DNA of 64,000 nucleotides, taken from NCBI GenBank assembly GCA_965203485.1, contig OZ241892.1, forward strand, positions 1,376,001 through 1,440,000. The letters are read 5' to 3'. The notes beneath the pieces were generated by a model. It made no database searches, had not been told where the DNA came from, and worked only from the letters and a program-made list of their open reading frames with translations. The DNA is from Longimicrobiales bacterium (GTDB lineage: Bacteria > Gemmatimonadota > Gemmatimonadetes > Longimicrobiales > Gaopeijiaceae). Made by a program: the position numbers and the translations under genes. Numbering within the stretch: position 1 is the first letter of the stretch; each line of letters starts with the position of its first letter. Positions 39,772 through 48,803 of this stretch are shown here, in pieces.

Positions 39772-40016
39772 CCAAGTGGGCGATGCGCGTGCTCGTCCAG
39801 TTCGGGTCGCCGCGTATCGTCAAGCGTTGCCCGTCAGCGCGGCCATGACGGCCGAGGGCGCAGGTTCAGCGAACTCAGCCCCTCGGTCCGCGACTCCACA
39901 CCGTGCAGGCCGGCGACGTTGCTCCGGCAGGCGCGAGCATCGCGGTGCGTCGTCCAGCCAAGCCGGGGGGGCGGGGGGGCGAATCATCGCCAAGCCGGAA
40001 AAGAACGATTCGAACA

Positions 40017-40044
40017 ACTTGACATAATACATATTATATGAACT
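40017..40044 (-). other. dif site (XerC/XerD chromosome dimer resolution site)
   Basis: The minus strand reads AGTTCATATAA-TATGTA-TTATGTCAAGT: 11-6-11 architecture, inner ATAA/TTAT, and a XerD arm close to E. coli TTATGTTAAAT. It is an intergenic AT-rich island where gene orientation switches. Confidence 0.92.
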
Positions 40045-40213
40045 TCATAACGAATGATTGCAACGGGCTCTTCGGGCGGTATCGCGGCCTCCGGCACGGC
40101 CCGGGGCGGCCTTTCGCTTCGCCACCGTGCGCCTCCGCTCGGCGCACTCCTCAGATCGGGCCTGCAACCAGCGCGAAGCAGTCCCGCAGGTCGCTGGGCG
40201 GCTCCGGCTCGTT

Positions 40214-40915
40214 TCAGCGGATCGCAGCCGCCGCCTCCGCTCGGCGCAACTCGATCAGGCTTGCGGTCGGCCCGAGGTCTTCCGGCGATTCGAGAAGGCG
40301 GTCGTAGAGTGCGAGCGCGCCCGCGTGGTCGCCCCTCGCTTGGCGCATGCGGGCCGCCGAGGCGAGCGCGTCGCGGGCGTGGAAGCCGAGGTCGTCCCGG
40401 TCGGCCAAGCGCATGTACAGGGCTTCCGCGCCTTGCTGGTTGCCCAGGTCCTCGAAGACGCCCGCGAGCTGCGCCGCCGCCTGGGCGCCCAAGGGGCGGC
40501 CCACGTCCCGGGCAATGGGTTCCAAGACCTGGGCGGCCGCATCGCTCTCTCCTTCGCTCACCAGAGCTTGGGCCAGCGCCAGCCTCGCCTCGCCGGCGAA
40601 CTGCGTGCTGCCGTACCGTTCCAGGAAGACCTCCAGGTCGGCCCGAACGCCGTCCTGTTGCCCGGCGTCGATGCGTTGCTGGAGGCTTTCCAGCTGGACG
40701 GCCGCGTCCGCTCGCAACGTCTGGCGGTAACTGGCGTAGTAGACCAGCGAGACGACGGAGACGGCCACGACTACGAGCAGCAGTCCCAACAGGGTCCTAT
40801 TGCGCCTGGCCCAGTCCGTCGCTCGGACCGTCGCCGAGACGAACGCGTCCTCGTCGGTCGCGACGGACGGCTCGGGCTCGTTGCGGTGGGTGGCGGGCTT
40901 GCGATAAATGGCCAT
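40214..40915 (-). CDS. Membrane-anchored TPR protein (YfgM-like)
   Basis: DAFV......DWARRNR plus one TM helix, then TPR-like helices (YGSTQFAGEARLALAQAL). Confidence 0.75.
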   Translation of the reverse strand: MAIYRKPATHRNEPEPSVATDEDAFVSATVRATDWARRNRTLLGLLLVVVAVSVVSLVYYASYRQTLRADAAVQLESLQQRIDAGQQDGVRADLEVFLERYGSTQFAGEARLALAQALVSEGESDAAAQVLEPIARDVGRPLGAQAAAQLAGVFEDLGNQQGAEALYMRLADRDDLGFHARDALASAARMRQARGDHAGALALYDRLLESPEDLGPTASLIELRRAEAAAAIR

Positions 40916-40961
40916 CCGGCGGTTTCCTCCAGGGGTGGTCGTCCAAGGTCGGCTTTGCACG

Positions 40962-40990
40962 TTGCGGGAACGTCGTCGCAAACCCATATT
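40962..40990 (+). promoter_or_regulatory. Candidate sigma70 promoter of ggt (leaderless spacing)
   Basis: TTGCGG (40962-67), 17 nt, CATATT (40985-90), 6 nt, ATG 40997. Confidence 0.45.
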
Positions 40991-40996
40991 GCTGAG

Positions 40997-42727
40997 ATGG
41001 ACGCCCGAAATCTAGCGTGGCGCCGTGGGCGGCTGTTTGCCGGACGGGCCGCATGGGCGCCTGTTGCAGCCGCTCTGGCCGTTGCGACGGCAGTCGGGTG
41101 CGGCTCGTCGGCCGGAGCCCCGGAGCCGGACGGGCCTTGGCGCCCCGCAAGCAGCCGCCCCGACGTGAGAGGCACGGAGGGCGCGGTGTCCGCCGGCCAT
41201 CCGCTGGCGGCCGTCGCGGGGTTGGACGTGTTGCGGGACGGCGGCAACGCGACGGACGCCGCCGTGGCCATGGCCGCGGTGCTGGCGGTCGTGCGGCCCC
41301 ACATGAACGGCGTGGGCGGCGACGCCTTCGCGCTCTTCTACGACGGGGCGACCGGCGGCGTCCACGGACTGAACGGGAGCGGCCGGGCCGGCGGCCGGGC
41401 GACGCCGGCGTTCTTCGCCGGGCAGGGCTTGGCGGAGATCCCCGAGACGGGCCCGCTGTCCGTCTCGGTGCCCGGGGCGGTTGCAGCGTGGCACGACGCG
41501 CACTCCCGCTTCGGGTCCCTTCCCTTCTCCGACCTGCTGGCTCCCGCGATCCGCTACGCCGAAGACGGATTCCCCGTCTCGACGCGCTTGGCGGACGACT
41601 TCGCCGCCCAAGGCGGGGATCTGAATGCCGCCGGGAGGGCCCTCTACTTGCCCAGAGGCGACCGTCCGGCTCCAGGCTCGCTGCTTCGCAATCCCGCGCT
41701 GGCCACGACCTTGAGGAGCATCGCCCACGGCGGAAAGGACGCCTTCTACGCCGCCGGCCCGGCGGCCCGCCTGGCGGCCTTCGTGGACTCCGCGGGCGGC
41801 GCGCTCGACCTGTCCGACTTCCACGAGCATGCCTCCACGTGGGTCGCGCCGCTTTCGGCGGCCTACCGAGGCGTGCTCTTGCACGTGTTGCCGCCCAACA
41901 CGCAGGGAATCGCCCAGCTGGCGCTCGCCGGCATGGCGCGCCGCCACCCGCTGGCCGAGATGGGCCACAACACGGTCCCGTACCTGCACACGCTGGTCGA
42001 ACTCAAGAAGCTGGCCTTCGCGGACCGGGACGCATGGGTGGCGGACCCCGAGTTCGCCGCCGTGCCCGTGAGCCGGCTTCTGGACTCGATCTACCTGGAA
42101 GCACGAGCCGCGGCCGTCGACCCGCGAGCCGCTGCCGAGGCGGTGACGACGGGGGTCGACGACTCCGGCGACACCGTGTATCTGACCGCCGTGGACCGAT
42201 GGGGCAACGCCGTCTCGTGGATACAGAGCTTGTTCCACGGCTTCGGCTCCGGGTTGCTGGAATCCGAGACCGGGATCGTGCTGCACAACCGGGGTTCGCT
42301 GCACGTGCTCGACGAAGCCCACCCCAACGTCGTGGCCCCCGGCAAGCGGCCGTATCACACCTTGACGCCCCTGCTCGCCACGGCGCCGGGGGGCGAGTTC
42401 GCGTTCACGCTGGGCACGCCCGGCGGAGACGGCCAGACCCAGTCCCTGATGCAGATCGTCAACAACTTGCTGCTGTTCGGCATGACGCCCCAGCAGGCGA
42501 TCGAGGCGCCGCGCTTCCGCAGCTATCCGGGACTGCGCTTGGAAGTGGAGGACCGCGTGCCCGTGTCCGTCCGGGAGCAGTTGGCCGCTCTCGGTCACGA
42601 CGTCTCCGTCGTCTCGGGGTGGACGGCGGCGTTCGGCGGCGCCCAGATGATCTTGGTGGACGGCCCCGGCGGAACGCTGGTCGCCGCTGCCGACCCGCGC
42701 CGGGAAGCGTATGCGCTCGCGCATTGA
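40997..42727 (+). CDS. ggt: Gamma-glutamyltransferase family lipoprotein
   Basis: GGNATDAAVA, P...GVGGDAF, VSVPG, GDTVYL (nucleophilic Thr), PGKRPYHTL, GTPGG, ADPRR. Confidence 0.92.
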   Translation: MDARNLAWRRGRLFAGRAAWAPVAAALAVATAVGCGSSAGAPEPDGPWRPASSRPDVRGTEGAVSAGHPLAAVAGLDVLRDGGNATDAAVAMAAVLAVVRPHMNGVGGDAFALFYDGATGGVHGLNGSGRAGGRATPAFFAGQGLAEIPETGPLSVSVPGAVAAWHDAHSRFGSLPFSDLLAPAIRYAEDGFPVSTRLADDFAAQGGDLNAAGRALYLPRGDRPAPGSLLRNPALATTLRSIAHGGKDAFYAAGPAARLAAFVDSAGGALDLSDFHEHASTWVAPLSAAYRGVLLHVLPPNTQGIAQLALAGMARRHPLAEMGHNTVPYLHTLVELKKLAFADRDAWVADPEFAAVPVSRLLDSIYLEARAAAVDPRAAAEAVTTGVDDSGDTVYLTAVDRWGNAVSWIQSLFHGFGSGLLESETGIVLHNRGSLHVLDEAHPNVVAPGKRPYHTLTPLLATAPGGEFAFTLGTPGGDGQTQSLMQIVNNLLLFGMTPQQAIEAPRFRSYPGLRLEVEDRVPVSVREQLAALGHDVSVVSGWTAAFGGAQMILVDGPGGTLVAAADPRREAYALAH

Positions 42728-45230
42728 CCGGTTGTCCGCCGTCGCCCTGCTCGCCTTGGCGGCGTGTGGGGGAGACGAGACCGTCCCGCCGGTCCCCGCC
42801 CGCGTCACCGTGACGCCGTCCGCAGTCGAAACGCCCGTGTCCGGGCGGACGTTCCAGTTCACCGCCGCCGTCGTGGACAACCGAGGCGACCCGATGCCCG
42901 GTGTGCCCGTGACGTGGGCGTCAACCAGCGAGGACGTCGCCACCGTCTCCCAAGCGGGACTGGCGACCGTTGTCGGCCAAGGCAGGGCCAACATTCGCGC
43001 CACCGCCGGACCCGCGTCGGGCCGGGCCGTGGTCGTCGCCGATCTGCGGCCTGCGGAGCTGATGAAGGTTGCGGGCGACACGCAGACGGCGGCTGCGTTG
43101 ACCCAGGTCCCGGAGAACCTCGTCGTGCGCGTGACCGACGAGGCGGACCTGCCGCTCTCGGGCGTGCGAATCGATTTCGAGGTCTTCAACGAGCGGGCTC
43201 GGGCCGACCCGGTTCTCGTCTTGACCAACGATTCCGGCGAAGCCGGCACGCGTTGGAAGTTGGGGCTCGGCGAGGGCAGGCAGGACTTGCGGGCTTACGT
43301 CGCCGGCACCTCCCTGTGGGTCGACTTCGCCGCCAATGCCACGGGTCCCCCGTTGACCGTGCTGACGACGGACCTGCCCGACGGACGCGAGACTTTGCCG
43401 TACGAGGCGACGCTGCAGTTGGTCGGAGGCGTGCCGCCGTTCACCTGGTCTCTCGCCTCGGGGGAATTGCCGGCGGGGCTCGCGCTGGACTCGACGGGAT
43501 TGCTCTCGGGCGCCGTCCGCGGCGAAGGCGCCGCCGAGTTCACCGTGGCCGTTCGCGACTCCGCGGGCGCGGAGGCGACGGCGGACTTGACGTTGCGCAC
43601 CTGCCCCGCCCCGCTGACGCTCGACGTCGGCCAAGCCGAGGTCTCGGATCCGCTTTGGCCGGGCGCCTGCTTTCCGTTCCTTCCGGCCGGCGACCCGGGC
43701 GACCGGTACCACGTGGCCTTCGTGCGAACCGTCGAACGCCCCGACGTGCGGCCGGTGCACACCGAGCTGGCCATTCGGGAGCCCTGGCCCGGCGACACCA
43801 CGGCAGCAGGACCGGCTCCGGAAGCCGTCGCCGCGCCGGAGCCGCCGGTTCAGCTCGACGTCCCGGGCTTCGACCGCGAATCCGACCGCCGCCGACGGTG
43901 GATGAAGGCGGAGCTCCTCGACCGCACCGAGCGCATCTTCCGCGACATGGACCCGGCCGCGTTGCTCCCCGACCAGAGAGGCGGTGCCCAGGCCCAGCGC
44001 CGCGCCGCCGCGACGAGCACGCCGCCCAGCACGATCTCGTTGCGGCCGACCACGTGGGAGGACGGGCCGTGCTCGTCGTCTCCGCCGGACCGCGTGACGG
44101 CGAACTTGGTCGGCTACAACGACTTTCTGGCGATCTACCAGGATTCGGCGCAGCAAACGACGGCGGCCGTCGACTCGGCCGCCGCGACCGCCGTGCTCGA
44201 CTACTACGCCGCATACGGCGCGCCCACGATCGAGGAGTACTTCGGCGGCACGACCGACGTCAACGGCGACGGTCGAATCGTGCTCTTCGTCACTCCGGTG
44301 GTGCCGTCCGATTTCGCTGCCTACGTCTGGGGCCCCGACTTCCTCTCGGCGACGGCCTGCGCCGGATCGAACGAAATGGAAGTCGTGTACTACCAGGAAG
44401 GGATGTTCGCCGCGATCGTGGCCGAGAAACCATTCTACCAAGCGTTGCCGACCACCGTGCACGAGGTCGCGCACGTAGCTTCCCTCTATCGCCGCGCCGC
44501 GACCCGCAACTGGCCTCCGCGCTGGGCCGAGGAAGGACGGGCGGAGATCGCCGCCGAAGTGTCGTCCCGCAGAGCCTTGGAAGCCGCGGCGGTCGTAGGG
44601 CGAACGGAGGTCTTGGACCGGAGCGCGTATCCGCCCGCCGGGGAGTGGATATGGACCCCCGAGAACACGGGGGTCGTCTTGCGGATGCTCCGCACGGGAC
44701 TCGCGTACTCGCAGTCCTTGAACTCCGTCACGTTCGACCCGGTCGAGGAACACTCGTACTACGGTTCGGCCTGGCACTTCCACCGCTTTCTGGGCGACGC
44801 GTACGGCGATGCCGCCGCGTTGGGAGACAGCGCCTTCTTTCGGCAGTTGACCGCCCCTGAGACCGCTCCGGGAACCGCCGGGATCGAGCGACTCACGGGC
44901 AAGTCGATGCAGGCGCTCCTGGTGGAGTACGCGATCGCGATGGCAACGAACGGAACGGGCGCCCCGCACCCCGAGCGCGGGTTCAGCAGCTACGACTTCC
45001 GTTCCACGACGCTGACTTGGGGAGGCGGCCCTCCGCGTGGCTATACCTATCCGTGGCCGATCACCGGCGCCGGCCCCGCAGCCTTCGCCGACCACGTCTA
45101 TCGGGGGTACTTGTACCCCGCCGGCATCCGCTTTCACGAGTTCGAGTCCGACGGGCGAGGCGAAGGCATCGAAGTCGCGGCGACGGTCGACGGGCCCTCC
45201 GCAAAGGTGATCATCGTTCGCGTGCGCTGA
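42711..45230 (+). CDS. Lipoprotein with Ig-like domains and a zinc metallopeptidase domain
   Basis: Lipobox LAAC, Big_2-like (VTVTP...VTWAS...VATV..GL.T), He_PIG-like (PFTWSLASGELPAGLALD), DVNGDG, HEVAH...WAEEG.AE. Confidence 0.8.
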   Translation: MRSRIDRLSAVALLALAACGGDETVPPVPARVTVTPSAVETPVSGRTFQFTAAVVDNRGDPMPGVPVTWASTSEDVATVSQAGLATVVGQGRANIRATAGPASGRAVVVADLRPAELMKVAGDTQTAAALTQVPENLVVRVTDEADLPLSGVRIDFEVFNERARADPVLVLTNDSGEAGTRWKLGLGEGRQDLRAYVAGTSLWVDFAANATGPPLTVLTTDLPDGRETLPYEATLQLVGGVPPFTWSLASGELPAGLALDSTGLLSGAVRGEGAAEFTVAVRDSAGAEATADLTLRTCPAPLTLDVGQAEVSDPLWPGACFPFLPAGDPGDRYHVAFVRTVERPDVRPVHTELAIREPWPGDTTAAGPAPEAVAAPEPPVQLDVPGFDRESDRRRRWMKAELLDRTERIFRDMDPAALLPDQRGGAQAQRRAAATSTPPSTISLRPTTWEDGPCSSSPPDRVTANLVGYNDFLAIYQDSAQQTTAAVDSAAATAVLDYYAAYGAPTIEEYFGGTTDVNGDGRIVLFVTPVVPSDFAAYVWGPDFLSATACAGSNEMEVVYYQEGMFAAIVAEKPFYQALPTTVHEVAHVASLYRRAATRNWPPRWAEEGRAEIAAEVSSRRALEAAAVVGRTEVLDRSAYPPAGEWIWTPENTGVVLRMLRTGLAYSQSLNSVTFDPVEEHSYYGSAWHFHRFLGDAYGDAAALGDSAFFRQLTAPETAPGTAGIERLTGKSMQALLVEYAIAMATNGTGAPHPERGFSSYDFRSTTLTWGGGPPRGYTYPWPITGAGPAAFADHVYRGYLYPAGIRFHEFESDGRGEGIEVAATVDGPSAKVIIVRVR

Positions 45231-45261
45231 CGGCTCGCGGGCCGTCGGCGCGACGGCCGCG

Positions 45262-47169
45262 CTACTGCGAGATCGTCCGTTGCGCCTCGACCAGCTTCAC
45301 GATCCAGAGGCCGGAGTTGAGGTCGGAGGTGAAGATGTTGCCCTTGTGGATCTGGGCGCCCCACGTCATGCCCCAGTTGGGGACGGTGGACTCGGAGTCG
45401 ATCGTCTTGAAGACGGCTAGTTCCCTGCCCTGCCGGTAGAGATCGCCGCGAAGTTCCCCGGAGATGTCCACGACCCGCAGGCCCGCTTGGTAGTAGCCGA
45501 CGTAGAGGCGGTCGCCCTCCACCCAGATGTTGTGGGCGCCGGCCTCGGGCACCTCGTAGCGGGCGACTTCGACGGGGTTCTCCGGGTCGGCCATGTCCAG
45601 CACGTGCACGTAGCCCCGGGCTTCGATCGGCGCGTCGGCGTTCCAGTCCCCGGGGAATATCTCGTCGCCGACGAAGAGGTAGCGGCCGGCCCGCCATGCC
45701 GTGTGAGTGTTGCCTGCCGCGTACTTGTAGCGCGACACGAACTGCGGCGCGGTGGGCGTCCCTCCGTGCGTCCCGGCGCCGACGTCCAGCATCACGACCC
45801 CGTCGTCCCAATAGGACAGATAGGCGTAGCCGTCCTGGACGATGACGTCGTGCAGCGACTTGGACGGCGACGCCGGTAGTCCCCATCGCCCGACCTCGTC
45901 CGGCTCGGCGGGGTTGGAGATGTCGATGATGTGGATGTCGCGCGTGCCGTTGTGCACCGCGTAGATCAAGTCCCCCTCTACCCAGACGTTGTGCACGCCG
46001 CCCGGGACCGTGCGCTTGTACTCCGACAGCACCGTGGGATGCGCCGGGTCGGACAGGTCCAGGACGACGATACCGTTTCGCCGGTCGGACGCACCCTCGC
46101 GGGTGAGCACGCCGATGCGGGCGCTCTCGTGAATCTTGACGTCGTTGATGCGGCGCGCGTCGAGCCGCACCGAGTCGGCAAGCACGGGCGCGGACGGATC
46201 CGTTACGTCCCAAGCCTTCATCCAGTCGTGCATGAAGGTGCCCACGTAGGCGTAGTCGCGTCCGTCGGCGCCCTCGAAGACCCAGGTGTCGCCCGAATGG
46301 TGGTCCGCCGCCGCGCCGCGGCCGACGTGCACGAGCTCGGCGGCCGCTTGGCGGGGAGCCGCATGGACGAGGGTCGTGAGAGCCTGCGCTTCGCCTACGA
46401 GCGCGGTCACCCGGTAGACGCCCGGCTCTTCGGCGACGAATACGCCCTCTGCGCCGTCGGGCTCGATCTGGGCGCCCGCGCCGTCCACGCTCCAAGCCGG
46501 ATGCAGGGCGCGCTCGCCGACCTCCGCGCGGAAGCGCACCACGTCGCCCGTGCGCGTGCGCGGACCGTCCGGCAGGAGGGCCGCCTGCGCCGTCGCGCCC
46601 TCTTCGACCACGACCATCACGGCCGCGCGCAGCTCGCCTGCCGTCACGACGACTTCGGCCTTGCCCGGCGAGCGGGCGAACACCCGGCCCGCGGCGTCCA
46701 CCGCCGCCACGCTCTCGTCGCTCGACGCGAAGGCGAGCGGTCCCGTTTCAGTGGGCTCGCCGTCCGCACCGGCCGCGGCCACGGAGACCGGCGCGCTCGT
46801 GCCCGAAAGCAGCGTGGGCTCGGGGAGCGCCGCCGAGACGACCTCGGCGGGGGCGGCCCGCACGACGACGACGGCGAAGCCCATGGTGTTCCCCGCCCTG
46901 GCGGCCACGCGCGCTTCGCCCGGCGAGACGGCCGTGACCCGTCCGTTCGCGTCCACGGTCGCGATCTCCGGTGCCAGCGCCCGCCAGGCGAAGGTCAGGC
47001 CTCTCACGAGGGCGCCGTCTTCGTCCAGGGCGCGGGCCTCGACCGCGGCGGACTCGCCGGGATCGAGCGCGAGACGCGCGGGGGCGAGTTCGATCCGTTC
47101 GGGGGCGGCCTGCATGGCCGCGAGCAGCATCGACGTCGTTGCGAGCACGGACTGGTCCTTTCTTGCCAA
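45262..47169 (-). CDS. Secreted Ig-like (Big_2) + LVIVD-repeat protein
   Basis: Two Big_2-like units (IATVDANGRVTAVSPG; VAAVDAAGRV) and repeated LVIVD units (WDVTDP, VLDLSDP, IIDISNP, VLDMADPENP, LRVVDIS). Start uncertain. Confidence 0.8.
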   Translation of the reverse strand: MARKDQSVLATTSMLLAAMQAAPERIELAPARLALDPGESAAVEARALDEDGALVRGLTFAWRALAPEIATVDANGRVTAVSPGEARVAARAGNTMGFAVVVVRAAPAEVVSAALPEPTLLSGTSAPVSVAAAGADGEPTETGPLAFASSDESVAAVDAAGRVFARSPGKAEVVVTAGELRAAVMVVVEEGATAQAALLPDGPRTRTGDVVRFRAEVGERALHPAWSVDGAGAQIEPDGAEGVFVAEEPGVYRVTALVGEAQALTTLVHAAPRQAAAELVHVGRGAAADHHSGDTWVFEGADGRDYAYVGTFMHDWMKAWDVTDPSAPVLADSVRLDARRINDVKIHESARIGVLTREGASDRRNGIVVLDLSDPAHPTVLSEYKRTVPGGVHNVWVEGDLIYAVHNGTRDIHIIDISNPAEPDEVGRWGLPASPSKSLHDVIVQDGYAYLSYWDDGVVMLDVGAGTHGGTPTAPQFVSRYKYAAGNTHTAWRAGRYLFVGDEIFPGDWNADAPIEARGYVHVLDMADPENPVEVARYEVPEAGAHNIWVEGDRLYVGYYQAGLRVVDISGELRGDLYRQGRELAVFKTIDSESTVPNWGMTWGAQIHKGNIFTSDLNSGLWIVKLVEAQRTISQ

Positions 47170-47221
47170 GAGGGCTTCGGCGTGGCTCCGTCGTCGCCCA
47201 AGGTACCGCGCCCGCTCCTAC

Positions 47222-47250
47222 TTGAACATGGAGCACGCGAAGGCGAGCTT
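47222..47250 (+). promoter_or_regulatory. Candidate promoter for tRNA-Arg
   Basis: TTGAAC (47222-27), 17 nt, GAGCTT (47245-50), ending 27 nt before the tRNA. Confidence 0.35.
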
Positions 47251-47277
47251 GATCGCTTGCGCGCCGTCCGCGCGCCC

Positions 47278-47351
<74 letters not shown>

Positions 47352-47419
47352 CTCGGCGGCTTCTTGGCCGTGGTCGCGCACGGGCATGCCGTGCGCAGGC
47401 CAAGTCCGTCCGCCCGGCG

Positions 47420-48664
47420 CTATCGGTCCGCGGTTCGCCTCCCCAGCCTTTCCAGCGCCGTCACGGCCGCGACGCCGGCCGCGAACATTGCGACGACCGA
47501 GAGCGTTGCCGGATCGCCGGCTACGGGCAGCGACGCCGTTTCATCTCCACTGGGCAGGTGGCGGTGGAACGGCCAGAGCTCGCGCAGCGAACCCAGCATG
47601 AGACCGGCCAAGACGGCCAGCACCGCGTCCGGCCACTTGGCGAGCAGGCGCCTTAGGATCCGGGCGAACGTCAACAGGCCGGCCGTCATGGCCACGATCA
47701 TGGTGGCGACCACGGCCAAGCTGCCCCCGTCGCCGTGGTAGAGCGCCGAGCGCAGGGCGCCGAGCACGTAGTCGTAGAGGCCGAGCGCCACCAGCACGAA
47801 GGAGCCGGACAATCCCGGCAAGCTCATGGCCGAGATCGCAAGCACGCCGGCGGCGAACACGAACGGAAGCCCGGGGTCCCGGCCGCCCGAAAGCGGCTGG
47901 TCCTGCCGCGCGGCCGCCACGGCGACCGGCGCGCGCACTTCGCGGATGGACCCGGCCGCCAGGTTGGCGTCGGCGCCCGCGACCCGCGCGACGATCTCGA
48001 TGCGCACTTCCTCGGCGCCGGCCGGAACCGTGGCCGGCCGGGCGGCTCCGTAGGCGATGCGAAGCCCGCCGCCGGGCCGTTGCGCCCAAAGCGTCGCGTT
48101 GGCCGGCGTAATCACGACGTCGGCCTCGGCCGGGCGCTCGAGTTCCAGCACGACAGCGCCGTGGGCGCGACCCTCGACCGTGGCCCGCAACCCAGTGAGC
48201 AGAAACGCACCGAGCGCCGCCGTCGTCCCCAGCGCCAAGGCCGTGGCCCCGCGTCGTTCCATGCGCCGGACCGGGATCGCCACCGACGCCAAGACCAACC
48301 CGAAGAACAGGCCCTTCATCTGCGCCGGGTAATCGTTCAGCAACGGCGGCAAGAAGCGCGATCCCGCGGCGATCGCAGGCCCGATCCCGATCGCAAGCGA
48401 CGCCAGGAAGAGCAACCGGCCGGCGTCTCGTCCGTCGTCGTCGCCGGCGAGCTTGGCCGGATCCCTCGCGCCGGCGGCCAATTGTCCGCGGAAGCGCGCG
48501 CGGGCCAGCCGCTTCGCCATCGCCGGGCCGATCCCGCTCACCGCGTCGATGGCTCGCGGGTAGATGCCCAGCACCAGCGCCACGGTGGCGCCGGACACCC
48601 CAGGCACGAGGTCGGCAAGCCCCATGCAGAGTCCGCGCGCCGCGTTGCCCAGCCAGCGGGTCAT
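47420..48664 (-). CDS. DUF368 membrane protein with an inserted soluble beta domain
   Basis: GLCMGLADLVPGVSGATVALVLGIY, FFGLVLAS, ISAMSLPGLSGSFVLV.LG.Y, GLMLGSLRELWPF. About 100-aa insert between the two halves. Confidence 0.9.
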   Translation of the reverse strand: MTRWLGNAARGLCMGLADLVPGVSGATVALVLGIYPRAIDAVSGIGPAMAKRLARARFRGQLAAGARDPAKLAGDDDGRDAGRLLFLASLAIGIGPAIAAGSRFLPPLLNDYPAQMKGLFFGLVLASVAIPVRRMERRGATALALGTTAALGAFLLTGLRATVEGRAHGAVVLELERPAEADVVITPANATLWAQRPGGGLRIAYGAARPATVPAGAEEVRIEIVARVAGADANLAAGSIREVRAPVAVAAARQDQPLSGGRDPGLPFVFAAGVLAISAMSLPGLSGSFVLVALGLYDYVLGALRSALYHGDGGSLAVVATMIVAMTAGLLTFARILRRLLAKWPDAVLAVLAGLMLGSLRELWPFHRHLPSGDETASLPVAGDPATLSVVAMFAAGVAAVTALERLGRRTADR

Positions 48665-48803
48665 CGCCGGCTCTCTCGGGTGGTCGGCCGGCGCGGCGCG
48701 CATGGGACGGCGGTTGCCGCCCTCGAGGTCCAGCGGCCGGAGGCCACGAGCACGGAACGCGCGGGCGGGCGCCGATCGACCTGCCGGCCCCGCTTCGAAG
48801 CGG

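Noticed and set aside
39965..39980. Two G7 runs just left of dif as a G-quadruplex or special signal
   Set aside because: There are only two runs, and they are compatible with ordinary leading-strand G skew.
40019..40047. Perfect TTGACA read as a sigma70 -35 box
   Set aside because: There is no -10 box at 17-nt spacing and no downstream + strand gene close by. The hexamer is part of the XerD arm of dif.
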